Positions 10,151 to 23,280 of a stretch of 64,000 nt of DNA are shown here, one piece after another. The DNA is from Octopus sinensis (Eukaryota): positions 28,520,001 through 28,584,000 of the forward strand of contig NC_043007.1 of NCBI RefSeq assembly GCF_006345805.1. The letters are read 5' to 3'. Position 1 is the stretch's first letter. Every line of letters starts with the position of its first letter. A program made the translations under genes and the position numbers. Under the pieces are notes generated by a model. The model was not told the origin of the DNA. It was given only the letters and a program-made list of their open reading frames with translations, and searched no databases.

Positions 10151-11071
10151 TATAATTTTGCTACATTCTCAACGGAAATATGTTTGTATCTTTTTGATGG
10201 TGATGTCAATTTTTCCACACTGTTTAATCAGTCCTCACTATTACAAATCACTTTAAAAGCTTTTCAAGTAATGTGGCTGCTTTTATATCTTGCATGGTCT
10301 AAGTTTATAATCCAATTAAGGAAAAGGACATTTTAATAAATTCCTGAGATGAACAGAAGCAGTATCTAGGATTTATTCCTGCTTTCCCAAACTGGTAACA
10401 AAGATGTCCAACCTGAACATTTGTGGCAAATCGGGGTTAGGGGCCTATTTCGAATGCCAGTGGAACTGCTTTAAAAATACCCTTATATAGATAGGAGGAC
10501 AAAAGCTGGATAAGGGATCCTGCCATTATCTGTTAAGCTGATCCTCAATTTGTTGGTCTCCTTGACTACCCTAATCAGAGACACTCCAGTATCAAGAGGA
10601 TGTCGTCTAACATGTATTCATAGATTTTGTATATATTTTTTTTCTTCATTGTTCTTTCTCTCACCTGATTTTATGTAAACAGGTACACAAATTATTTCCC
10701 ACACCTGTGGCAAATCAAAGAAAACATCATCATCATAATTTAACGCATCATCAATACCTGGTATTTGTTTTTTATTTGTGCTTTTATTCACATTCTTGTA
10801 CTGGTGGTTTTGATTATTTTAAAACACAAACACATACACATACACACAGTCAAACATTTCTACATACATACCTACACATATCTACTACATACATATATGC
10901 AAACTCTCATACAGAGATCATACATACATGCATATATATATATAAATTATGAGTTAGAGGTTATGCAACCATCTAAGGGATAAATGTATCCATAGGCAGG
11001 TGTATTACCTATGTATAGGCCTTGCTATAAAGTTAAGAATAGTTGGTAATTTAAATGGTAAACCGTGGTTT

Positions 11072-11309
11072 AATATATACAGAAAAGAAATGGAGCAACA
11101 ATTAACAATTAGAAGTTGATCATTGGTATTGAATGGTCATTGTTTAATTGTAGTTAAAATAACACTTACAGCTCAATTTACCTCAAAAACAACAAACTGA
11201 AACAGTTGTAAATGTTATTTTAACTACAATTAAACTATGACCATTTAATACCAATGATCAACGTCTAACAGTTAATTGTTGCTCCATTTCTTTTCTTATC
11301 TGTATATAT
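11072..11309. mobile_element. Palindromic foldback/MITE-like element
   Basis: Arms ~11072-11173 and 11204-11309 are reverse complements (7 mismatches over an 89-bp core), 30-nt loop, TA-rich flanks. Confidence 0.8.
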
Positions 11310-11945
11310 GGCTCACAGGATGGCCTGCTGTGCTAACCTTGGATCATAGGGAGACCTGCTGTGCTTGAGGAGACCTAATGAGTCAAGTATGTCAACATCA
11401 AAACAAAAATCAAATGGATATTGTAGTTGTGATACCCATGCCAGTGGCATGTTAGGCCTCACAGAGGCAATGACGAAAGATCGTGACCTCTGAGATATGC
11501 TGTGACTGTGAAGACCCGACAAATGAAGTGAGTTCATGGCTCACAGGATGGCCTGCTGTGCTTGAGGAGACCTATTGAGTCAAGTACATCAACATCAAAA
11601 CAAAAATCAACTGGAAATTGTAGTTGGATACCTGTGCCCGTGGCACATAAAAGGCACCATCCAAACATGGCCGATACCAGCGCTGCCCGACTGGCGTCCA
11701 TGTCAGTGACATGTAAAAAACACCAAACAATCATGGCTGTTTGCCAGCTTCCTAGCCCCTGTGCTGGTGGCACGTAAAAAGCACCTACTACACTCACAGA
11801 GTGGTTGGCATTAGGAAGGGCATCCAGCTGTAGAAACACTGCCAGATCAGACTGGAGCCCGGCGCAGCCTCATGGATTCCCAGACCCCGGTCGAACTGTC
11901 CAACCCATGCTAGCATGGAAAACGAGCGTTAAACGATGATGATGA
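11310..11945 (+). mobile_element. RTE-X 3' end with partial tandem duplication
   Basis: GGCCTCACAGAGGCAATGACGAAAG... (end of RTE-X ORF) followed by the family 3' UTR and (ATG)n; 11310-11450 duplicates 11538-11640. Confidence 0.75.
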
Positions 11946-12562
11946 TATATATATATAAAATAGAAAATTACTATTTGTAAATCTCTCAACAAGAGACATT
12001 CATTAACAGTACTCTAGAATAAAGATTATTTGCTAACATAACATGGCAGCACAAAGCAAAATCTGTGTTTCGATGCACAGATGTTGCTTTGTGCTGAGTG
12101 AGGGTGCTAAACTCCCTTGTTCAAAACTGTAAGGACACAGATAGTGTGTTGTATGGCCAGCTGAAGACGATGTTTCCTGAGACTAAATAGCAGTAACATT
12201 TGTCCTAACCAGGGCTGCCAATGTTATGTTGGCAAATAATCATTATCCTCTCTCTCTCTCATATATATGTGTGTGCATGTCTGAACATGCAACTATACAC
12301 ATATATATATATAAAGCAAACATACAAAGCTACACATGCACTGACTCCAAATATTAAACATATACACACTAAATGCATAAATATCTTGATTTTATTTAAA
12401 TTTCCAATGAAGGAGCCTTGGATCTAGATTAGAAACTGGCACTTTCAATATTGGCAAGAAATCTAGAAACAAAACTGAATAAAAACATAGATATGCATAC
12501 ATATACACATGTATACATGCATACCTACATACATACCTGCATGCATACAGATATACATTCAG

Positions 12563-12607
<45 letters not shown>

Positions 12608-12699
12608 AATACAATCTCTAAGTGGAACAATAAAAAAAAATATGCGAGGCTTTTCTCAAGTTAAAAATGTAAATTTGTTTTTGCTGTCTTCATTCCACT

Positions 12700-13430
12700 A
12701 ACAGATCTTTGTATCATGATGATTCATGCCGGATATCAAAATGCCAACATCATGATTGCTGTTCAATGCCCTGTGAACATGTGAAGGTTGTAAGTTGTGA
12801 GAGACAGCTGCAATGGAGACTATGAAGCCATGGCCAGGAGAAAAGTGCTAGTCCTTGGGTATGTTTCCAATGATGGTAATCTCATATTGCCCCACATCTT
12901 TGAACAGGACCTTAGGCTCAATTCAGAATACTATGTGAGGCTTATGGAGACTGTGGTCAAACCCTGACTGCAGAAGGTTGCTGCTGGAAGGCCATATGCG
13001 TGGCAGCAGGATTTGCTTTCTTGCCAGATCTCTAGAAAGAGTCAGAAGTGGTTGTTGGAGAATTTTTACAATTTCACCAGCCCCAATTTCTGGCCTACTA
13101 ATTCCCCATGGATTACGGTGTGCGGGGTATAGGTGAGATACCTGCAGTTCTTTCTGCAACACTACAGCCAACTTGGTGACCAAGATCAAGGAGGTATTTG
13201 ATCTTCCTAGTGACATGGTGAGTAATGCACATGCCAGGTTCCAGAGACATCTTTAGACTTTGGTGGAAGCTGAGAGCAGCTACTTTGAGCTAACTGTTAT
13301 CTCTCAGTCATAATCTAGTTGATATATTTTTGATGTCTATAAAATACTTCAATTTTTTGATATTGTGTGTTCTTTTCCTTTTATGCAAACTGTCAAATTT
13401 ACCTTGATCATCCTTTACGCATATACATAA
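12700..13430 (+). mobile_element. Degenerate Tc1/mariner-superfamily transposon (maT/DD37D-like), internally deleted
   Basis: Unannotated frame reads VLGYVSNDGNLILPHIFEQDLRLNSEYYVRLMETVVKP*LQKVAAGRPYAWQQD...FWPTNSP.MDY, resembling the DD37D catalytic region. Confidence 0.65.
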
Positions 13431-13499
13431 TGGCTGTTGACTTATTACATGTTGTGAGAACAACAACAGCTCTTGAAGTTTGCCAACGACTTACAGAAC

Positions 13500-14720
13500 T
13501 TGTTGAGTGTTTGACATTCATACAAATTCCTCTGATTTCTTGGTTGTTCCAGATGATTCTGATGATTTTCTCTCTGCACCCTCATGTGCCTAGATAAACT
13601 CAAGCAATTTATATACGTTTTCTGGGTGACAGTACATGTGAGGCTGGCCCCAGCAAGAAAGCCTATGCAAGACATACATATGTAGCCACAGACTTCTAAG
13701 ACAAGGTGAGAAACTGTAGGGTCAACCAAATTCTCTTTTCATGTGGATCTTCATATGTGTGACCACTTGTTTGCATTTCACTGCAATGTACTACTCCATC
13801 ATAGACACTTTGCTTCGAGGTTTTCCTAGCTCATCATATGTCTTCCTTTCACAGACTCCAAGTGACTTTTTAAAATTGACCTTGAATTGTTTTCTTGGCT
13901 TATGGTGTGATCAACTGCCTTGTGACAGTTCACCATGCAACATCTGCTTGGGAATTCTGCTGTCATCAAGATGTACAATATGACCAACACAATGTATATG
14001 ATGCTGCTGCATTGGTTCTTTCTAAAACCTGTGTGTCAGGGGTATGAGTTATCCAGAGGATGCCCAGCATGTTTCTCAAACACTGCTGATGAAAACACTC
14101 AACAGTTTTTTGGGTGATGGTAGTAAACTACCCATGTTTCACAAGAAAATAATTGGCATGTCTGTATACTGGTGTTGTAGATTGCTGACTTGATGTTATT
14201 TTTCAAGCCTCTTTGGGACCAAGCATGACCCTTCAAGGTGGCAAAACATCAGTGACCTGTTTTATTCATGTAGTGACCTCATCTAAAGAGCAACATTAGT
14301 TGATAGTCCTACCTAGGTATGTAAACTTATCAGTTTGAGGCCTTCAACATAGAGAGTTGGCTCTAAATATAGCAATGCAGGTGCAGGTTGGTACATTACA
14401 GCAATTTTGTCAAGGCTCATGATGAAGACAAAGGCTTTGCAAGAGTATTAATATCTAGCCATCAGGTTTTGCATCGCCTGTGCAAGGTCACAGTCATCAG
14501 CATACAAGAGATCGTACACCAAAATCTGGAGAGTCTTCCATCAAATGTTGAAAAGCTAACCTGGTGTTCAATATTGTGCATACACAGCCTCATTGCAGTC
14601 CCTGAAAGTGTGCAGGAGAACCACAGAGGGTGGAAGATCATGAACAGTGTTGGAACAACAAAGTCACCTTGTTTGACACCATATTTAACCTTAAAAGGCT
14701 CTGGTATAATCCCACCTCCA
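13500..14720 (-). mobile_element. RTE (BovB-like) LINE fragment, RT and C-terminus
   Basis: Minus translation DDSRIPKQMLHGELSQG..KPRKQFK and FKVKYGVKQG; many stops and frameshifts. Confidence 0.65.
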
Positions 14721-14804
14721 TTTACAGAAACTTACATAATATTACATACATACATATCATTAGATACATACATACATATCATTAGATACACACATACACA
14801 CACA

Positions 14805-14842
<38 letters not shown>

Positions 14843-14857
14843 TACATATCATTACAT

Positions 14858-15411
14858 GGTGGCTGCCCCCTCATTATCGAGTATGGCCATTGCACGAAGC
14901 TTAATTAATGTTGTTATCGTGCAATGCCTGTGCAAGATTTTTTTTTTAAGTGAGGAAAGGCTGTGCACTGAGTCAATCCCACTCACTAAGCAACAGCAGC
15001 CATAATTCGAAAAGAAGAACAAGTCAACATCATCGGTAACCACTGAGCCGCAGGTTTTATGTCGGAGTTACCCCAGTTACCTGACTTACCTTCTCCTAGA
15101 AGGATGCCCTAACAAAAGCTAGGAGTCCCTAACTCCCAATGGTTTAACCACGCAATCGGGTATTCAGTCCGATTATTTCTATGTCCCCATGCGTGATACA
15201 GCCTTAAGACATTTATTGGATGGCCGTTGACTCTCAAGAGTTCCTCCGCCCTTTGACGGATTTTGTTTTTCATCCTGCAGGGTGTCCAATAAACACCCTC
15301 CTCACCAAGCAAGCTTGGTGGGGTTGCCGGTTTAGCCGCCGACGACCCGACCATGCAACAGGTTGTACTGGGTTACATGTTACCAGTAGCACTCGAAAGT
15401 GACCTGACATA
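14858..15411 (-). mobile_element. Young GC-rich non-autonomous RTE-related retroposon
   Basis: Flanked by ATACATATCATTACAT at 14842-14857 and 15412-15427 (possible TSD); shares a motif with 28150-28200. Confidence 0.55.
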
Positions 15412-15719
15412 ATACATATCATTACATACATACTTACATACTGAAACTGTAAAAATTACATACATACATACATATCATTACATACATACATACATATATT
15501 GAACTATTAAGGAATCTACAGTTACTCTAACCTGATTACAAGTTCAGGTTTATACCTATAATTATTGGGGCACTGAGATATGTAACACACTGCCTAAGTA
15601 CCAATCTTGAGAAATTAGGCTTCTCAAAACCAGACAGGAGAAAGCTAATTCGAACATTACAGACCCAATCCATCACTGGAACTGTAAAAATCTGTAAAAC
15701 TTTCCAAAAGTTGATCATT

Positions 15720-18350
15720 CAAGTATATACAAGCATGTCTACATATGCAGCAATATGTATAAGAATACATTCATAAAACAACATATACAAATCTGCACAT
15801 AAATACAAAAATACCCTGTGGATGTTGAAATTCCAACGAAGGGGCCTTGATTCTATGTCAGAAACTGGCTCTTTCTCTATTGGCAAGAAATCTTGAAATA
15901 AAACTGAATAATGGCATACATACATGCATACACACACATTCCTTGCAAACAAGCAAATCACTATACATCTTACCAAGAAAAAAATGAAGGAGACAGAAGT
16001 GATGTTTGGCGATAGTAAAAAGAGGCCACACAGTTGCAGACTGATCACCCTCAATCAGGGACTCAACACTATCAGTGAGCAAATGAGAAACTCTGACATC
16101 ACAGGAGAATAACTGAAAGAAAAGTAATAAACGAAAATTTTAACTCAAACTGAACAGAAGTGTATAGGGACATGAGAGGAGAAGCAGTAAATATAATAGC
16201 AGCTCCTTCATGAGAAGACATAGACTCCTTCCGGAGAAAAATCTAGAGTGAAGAGAGAGAGTTTAACTAAGATGCTCTGTGGCTGGAAGAAGCTCAAAGT
16301 AACTATTGTTGCTGCATTACACCCATGACATACAACATTGATGATGATACCCTTATGACTGTAATCCAGAAACTTCAGGATGGAAAAGCCCTTGAAAGAG
16401 ACTTGATTGTTGGATATTGGTTCAAGAAGCTAACCTTCTACTGACCATATCTTATCAGCCTGTACAAGCAAGCTATCAGTGGAAATAGTAGCATACCAGA
16501 CTGGTTAGCTCTAGTAGGGACAAAGCTGATCCACAAAAGTAGAACCACCCACATGGCCAAAAACTACCAGTCAATTGCATGCCAGAACTTATGGCATAAA
16601 ATATATACAGTATGTTTAAACGTCTTCCTCCAAGACCGTTGTGAAAGTAATAACATCATCACAGCAGAACAAGCAGCTGAGAAGAAGGGAGTCTGGGGAT
16701 GGGTTGAGCAATTGTTGATAAACAAAACTGTAGTGTCAGAGGTGTGGGAAACTTAGTTTCAATGTGGCTATGCTAGAAGAAAGCCTTTGACTTTGTTCCC
16801 CACACATGAATGTTAGAAGCCCTTCAACTTGCTAAAGTTCCAGTGAGCATAGTCAAAGCCATAACTAACCTGACTTCATCATGGGCCACCATCTTGAGGT
16901 TAAATACAAAGAATGATTGTATCACCACTGAGAAAATATAGTATCACAGAGATATATTCCAAGGGGTCAACCTCTCTGTGATGATGTGTATATTTTCTGT
17001 AAACCTCTTAAACCAAAATTACACAAAACGACTTGAAAATATATGCCAACAATATGCATAAGTTGAAAAAGAGCTTTGACTTGGTTGCAACACTCTCAAA
17101 GGACATAGGGTTTCAGTCTGGTCAGGATAAATGTTGCTATATGGTTGTGAAAAAGAGTCAAGACCTTAAACCAGGCAAGCAGCATCTGATGAGGAATGTT
17201 ACAGGTACCTAAGGGTAGATGAAAACATATCTTACAATGGCACCCATAACAAGACATATCACTAAAGAATATTATAGCCGGATAAAGAAAAATGTACATT
17301 GGAACACTGTGCATTCAATAAAACAGTGACCCACAATGTGTTTGCAGTACCAGTGCTCATACCAATATTTGTGTTGCTTGGTTGGACACTTGATTAGATC
17401 TGAGCTACTGATGTGAAAGCAAAGAAGATACTAACCAGCACATATAATTTCTGCATCAACAGCAATGTAGACCATCTCTGCCTAAAATGAAAGCAACGGA
17501 GCAGAGGCTTAACATCAATCTAGATTGCTTTTGAATGTCATATCCCTTCAGTAACATCTCTTAACCACTAAATGTTGAAGTGCATCCCTTGACCAAGTTT
17601 GCATACATGAGGCAGATAACACCACGAGACTTGGAAAGCAGCTCCCTGAGTAGCATTCCTTGTCTGATAACCTTGAAAACATGCTCAAAGAAGTCACACG
17701 ACTCTACCACAATATATCATCAGACGGAAAGATGAGCATATATGATCAGAAGACCATGTGTGGATATGTTAGTAGAAGGCTCTGGGATGATAGTAACATT
17801 GATCATCAAAGCAGTCTATCATGGACCAACAACCGGATTACTACCTCCCACTTTGAAGGGTATGTGTTTGCAATCCAGGAACAGAAAATATCAATCAAAT
17901 ACCTGATGCATAAAAGGGACAGAGACACAGGGAAAACACAAAAATGTGATAACTAATGCAGACATTGTGGAGTTAACACCGAAGATATCACCTGCATCAT
18001 GAGTAGTTTCCAAAACTGTCATTGTGGTATTATCTACCGATGAGACATGATGTTGTAGCAGGGACATTGGATAATGAGATCCATCAGAAGATAACCCTGA
18101 GGCCAAAGAAATAAGAACCCGCAGTATGATAGAAGCTACAGCCACTCGTAATAAGGAGTATTGTTGGAATGTCCTAACGTAAACCTCAATAAAATGTAAA
18201 CATAATAGACTTAGCATAATGATTTGGGACAGAGAAGAGAGACTATGGATAATAATAGTGGAAATCAGCTGGCCAGTGGATGTGAAAAATTAAAATAAAA
18301 AGGGGGAAAAACAGCCCAGGTTCCTGTAGCTTTCCTTACTTTGAGGTCCT
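15720..18350 (+). mobile_element. Degenerate R4/Dong-like RLE non-LTR retrotransposon
   Basis: Fragments VEQLLINKTVVSEV..., FEGYVFAIQEQKISIKYL, and HNRLSIMIWDRE...IIVEISWPVD (decayed PD..D endonuclease region); homologous to 59340-60900. Confidence 0.7.
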
Positions 18351-19349
18351 GAAAATCTATTTGAAATTTGTCCTTGTATCATCAGAATAATTTTATTTAT
18401 TTATTTATCATTATTTATATTTTACTTTTTTCAATCATTGGACTGCATCCATGTTGGGACACTGTTTTTGAAGTGTTTTAATAGGACAACTAAACACCAT
18501 CTGGTACTTCTTATATCTATTTCTTTTGCCAAACAACTAACACACGGTCACACAAACATGCATGCATGCACGCGCATGCAATACACACGTGTGTGTGTGT
18601 GTGCATGCGTGTGTTGTAATAACAAGAACTTTTGAATGGAAATTCATAAATCCTATACTGCATTGCAACACACATTTCCACAAGCCCCCGTTTCTGTTGC
18701 TGCATTCCCCATTCATGGATTTTAAAGGGAATCCTTATGACACGTGTCCATGTCTTGCACATGCTGACATTCAATATTAGCTAGAATGAGAAATTAGATA
18801 GTTAAAATACAGTCGTAATTCTCTACGACGAAATTTACTTTTCTTTACAATGTATATAATATAAATATGCTATATGTATATAATAAAAATTAATTAAGAA
18901 AATGTTTTCTCTTTCTTCACATTCTTCAACTATATATAAAATGTATTTCTGTAATTATTAAATTGTATTTTCTTATAGCGGTTAAAAGAACACAAAAATA
19001 TATTCAACATACATTCTCGCTAATGTTCATTAGCATTCCAGAAAGTATATTTCTCTATGGCGTTTATATAGCTGTTGTTCGGATTTGTGTATAATGATAA
19101 CACTTGAGTAAGTTATAAGTGACGGTTTTATCATTATATACATCCTTACTTTAAAAGCCAAAAATTTTATCTATTTCCAAATAAGAAACATAATAAGTAG
19201 CGTTGCATTAACTGTAAACAAACTAACTAGAAAATATACTTTTCCTTGGACATGGCATGAAAAATCACCAATGTCTCAAAGGAGTGAGTGTCGTGGAGTT
19301 TAGTTACATCCAACAAACACTGAAGTGTTTCCCAAACAGTGGGGATAGC

Positions 19350-19530
19350 AATATTGCTACACATACATATATAATTAGCTTCCAAGTATTTCCATCTACA
19401 AAATTCAATAACAAAGCAATAGTAGGCCCATAACTATAGTAGAAGACACTTACCCAAAGTACCATACAGTGGGACTGAACCCAAAACCATTTGGTTACCA
19501 AGCAAGCTTTTAACCCAAATGTCATGACCA
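19350..19530 (-). mobile_element. tRNA-derived SINE 5' fragment
   Basis: Reverse complement of GGTTCAGTCCCACTG...GGGTAAGTGTCTTCTACTATAG; family of 37005-37170. Confidence 0.7.
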
Positions 19531-20239
19531 CTCCTCATTAAAAGTAGTAAACAATCTTATAATTAGAATCTTTTCAATCAATCGTTTATATCATTGAGTA
19601 ATTTAGGCCGCAAATAAACTCAATATTTTAAATTCCAACTCAATAATTATCAAAACCAAATTATAATCTAGGAATTTTCTGTGTTGTGGTTTTTTTGATA
19701 CAATTTTCTTAATGTTCATCTGCTTTGAATAAGTCACAAGGTGCAGAGAGGACAGGGTGCCGATATGTTATTGTCAATGTTCTAGTATAGAAAGACAGCA
19801 AGGTAACGCCATTAGTAGGAGAGGTTTGGAAGGTAAAAGAGGAGAGTGAAGTATTGTATCTGAATAAAACAGGGAACTCTAAGTTAAGAGAAGTCAAAAT
19901 CACTTATGAACAAGACAGGAGAAAATGAAGAGGTAAAAATTGAGAAAATGAAAACATGAAAAGATGAGTCAGTGTGAATGAGTGAGATTTTAATAGATTA
20001 CATAAACTTCAAAAGTTCTCAAAGAAGAAGTTTTTGGGACAATGCAAACATTACCAAAAAGTTTCAGGAATTCAAAAACATTCATAAAATTCAAGAATTC
20101 TCAGAAAATTCTCTATACGTCACAGAAATTTTAAAAAATCTTTAGAGTTATGAAGTTATGTAATTTCAAAGTTTTAAGGTTTTAAAGTTTTAAAGTCTAA
20201 TGGTTTAAAAAAAGATAGATAGACAGACAGACAGATCTG

Positions 20240-21330
20240 GGTGCATATATGTTATTATTCATGTACATTTATAATTCCCGGGTAGCATACAGAACAAGGA
20301 ATGGATATTTTATTACTCATGCATAGTTTTAATACATCACAGAGTGCTCAGAGAATAGGGTCCAGATCAATTACCATTCAAATATACTTAATGCTTCCCA
20401 AGGTGCACAGATCAGAGTTCAGATATGTGGGGGGGGGGGAGTTAATATATATTTTTTATAATTTACAGGATGCATAGAGGAAAGCATGCATATTGAACAA
20501 GGTGCATTACTGTTCATCTGGTTTTAATCAGTCACACGGTGTATAATGAACAGGCTGCATACCTGTTATTCTTCATATAATCTAAATATTTCACAGAGTG
20601 CACAGAGATATTATTGATCATATTTTTCATTATTCACTGGGTACACAGAGATGAGGGTGCAGATATGTTAAGGGACATCTATTTTTTGAAATTCCCATAG
20701 TTTACCCTGAACAAGGTGTGAATATGTTTTTATTCATATATTTTTAAAATTTTGGTGTGTGCACACAGAACAGGGTCCAAATATTTTGTTCTTTTATTCT
20801 CTTATTTGTTTCAGTTGTTTGACTGTGGCCATGCTAGAGCACCACCTTCAAGGATTTTAGTTGAACAAATCAACCCCAGGTCTTATTTTTAAAGCTTGGT
20901 ACTTATTCTATTGCTCTCTTTTACCAAGCCGCTAAGTTACGGACATGTAAACACACCATCACCGGCTGTCAAGCAGTGATTGGTGGGGACAAACACAGAC
21001 ATACAGACACACACACACAGATATATACATATATATGTATGACATGCTTCCTTCAGTTTCTGTCTACCAAATCTACTCACAAGGTTTTTATTGGACTGAG
21101 TCTATAATAGAAGACACTTGCCCAAGGTGCTATACAGTGGGACGCAACCTGGAACTGTGTAGTTGAGAAGCAAGCTTCTTACCGCACAGCCATGTGTGTG
21201 CTTGATTGGTCATATATTTTTTATATTTTACTTTATGCACGCAGAACATGATGCAGATATCTTACTGTTCATAAATTTTTCATAATTCGCGATTTGCACA
21301 GAGGGTTGGGTGCCAATATGTTATTTAATC
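20240..21330. repeat. Old degenerate ~55-65-bp tandem repeat interrupted by a SINE
   Basis: Recurrent unit approximating GGGTGCAGATATGTTATTGTTCATATATTTTTTATAATTCACAGGGTGCACAGAGAACA; about 10 or more copies. Confidence 0.65.
20805..21200 (-). mobile_element. Near full-length tRNA-derived SINE
   Basis: tRNA-like head at right (rc GGCTGTGCGGTAAGAAGCTTG...GGTTGCGTCCC), internal (TG)n, 3' end ...GACTGAAACAA. Confidence 0.8.
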
Positions 21331-22020
21331 TCCAATGTACCAGTGTACCAGTAAATATTAATTTAATCTGCAGAAGTCCACCGTTGTTTTTGTGTTTGAC
21401 ATTACAAATGTAGGGTCTGTATTTATTGGTGATTCTAAAGCCATATTACATTAATAGAGAGTGACGTTAACAATAAAAAAAACATTCTGTAGCTTTAAAT
21501 TCCTCCTTCTTTAGTCTGTTGTCTATCAGACAACAGAACTTATGGCCAGGGTTCACACCTTGGTAGTCCATCCTGACTGTGCTTAACACAGTTCAACTCC
21601 ACAAATATATACATAGGTTCAGTTTATCCTTATGTCTTGTGTGGGAGACAGAGTCTGACCTTTATAGGTCCTCCAAATTGATGTAAACTTGTTCAGTCAA
21701 TTGCAGCTGAATGTGAGGGCATGCTTGGATTGTCAATAGGATGAAGTACTGGGAAGAAAGGAATTGGAGGAGGGAAGATGTAGCAGGGGTATTGAAGGAG
21801 TAGGAGAGACGAGGTTAGAGTGGAGGAGAAGTAGAAGTGATATAGACAGACAAGGAGGAGGAGGAGAGAGAAAGTGTGAATGTGAGGTAGGGATCAGAGA
21901 CATAGCCAAGTTCTAAAATTAGGGAAAACAAACACACGAAAAAAAGGTATTGTGACACATACCAAACAATTTTTACCTCTTTTTTTTCTATTTACAGAAA
22001 TTATTTCATTAGTTATAATA

Positions 22021-22830
22021 CAGGGTAGAACCAAAAAGTCCCTAAACTAGCTATGTTTAATAAAAAAAAAACAACTTGTTTACCTAAGTTTTAAATATCA
22101 TTTTCTGCGAGATAGTCACCTTGCACAACAATACCCCAGTCCCAGCACTCCTGCCTCTTTTGGAATCCAGCCTGGAAATCATTTTCTGTAAGTGAGTTGA
22201 GGACCTTCTGTAATTCACTCTGGATCTCAAAAACGGTGACCTTTGAGCTGCATTTTCATCTTGGGGAAGAGATGGAAAAATTGCAGGTGCAAAATCTGGT
22301 GAATAGGGCAGGTATGGAAGCAATATGTTGTTGTTTTTGGTGAGAAACTCATGAGTGAAGAGAGCTCAGTGTCAAGGTACATGTTGCCATGAGGAATCCA
22401 ATTCTTCATGCTCTGCAGATACGGTCACTTTCATCAAATGTCTTCTTTTCAAAAGCTTCAAAACATCATTGACTGTCTTCCAATGATTCTCATACACAAA
22501 CTCATAAACTTTCTCCACATTTCCAGGGGTGACGCTTGTGGCAAATCTTTCAGATCACTCATTGTCTTCCAGGGACATTGCTCTGCTCTTGAAGTGCCTC
22601 TGCCACTCAAAACATTGCATATGATCCATTGCCTTGTTACCATAAGCTTGCCAAAGTATGCTCAATGTCTCTGTAGCAGACTTCCCAAGTTTAACACAAC
22701 ATCCCACATTGGATTTTTGATCCAGTTTCCTGTTCATACAAAAGTCACAGAATACATCATACACGTGATCCCAAAAACACAAATTTCACAACTTGCAAAG
22801 TAAACACAGCAATGTCACTTCTTCGTACTC
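22021..22830 (-). mobile_element. Internally deleted mariner transposon
   Basis: N-terminal HTH piece QKSNVGCCVKLGKSATETLSILWQAYG...FEWQRHFKSRAMSLEDNE and C-terminal PYSPDFAP...LFPKMKMQLKGHRF; central catalytic region missing; one probable TIR after TA at 22019-22020. Confidence 0.75.
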
Positions 22831-23245
22831 CCCCTCAAAAACCACCACCACCACCACCAGCAGCCTGATGTTGATCTCTTAACATCAATTTAATACTCTG
22901 TTAAATGGTGGAAAGCTGGTCTTTGGAATATACTTTCTGCTCTTCTTTTGTAGCTGGTTTCATTACCTTCAGAGTAACTAAAAGATTTTCAACTGTTGCA
23001 TTGTCGAAGACTCAGCTACAACATTATTTCCTTTGTCAGTTTATGGTTTTGAACCGATTTTCTTTACCCAGACATCCTTGCAGCTTTCTTTCTCCTTTTC
23101 TTATTGAAATCTTCTTTTACATTTAGCTTTTGTTGCTTTTATTTATTTAATGTAAATCCCAGTTGTGTTGGTGGAGCTGGGGAAGCATAAATCTGAGGAC
23201 AATATATCTTTGTTTTGTCAATACCTTGTGACCAATAAAAAAATA

Positions 23246-23249
<4 letters not shown>

Positions 23250-23280
<31 letters not shown>

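Noticed and set aside
14388-15005. 205-aa plus-strand ORF
   Set aside because: Antisense of an RTE fragment running through a (CA)n microsatellite.
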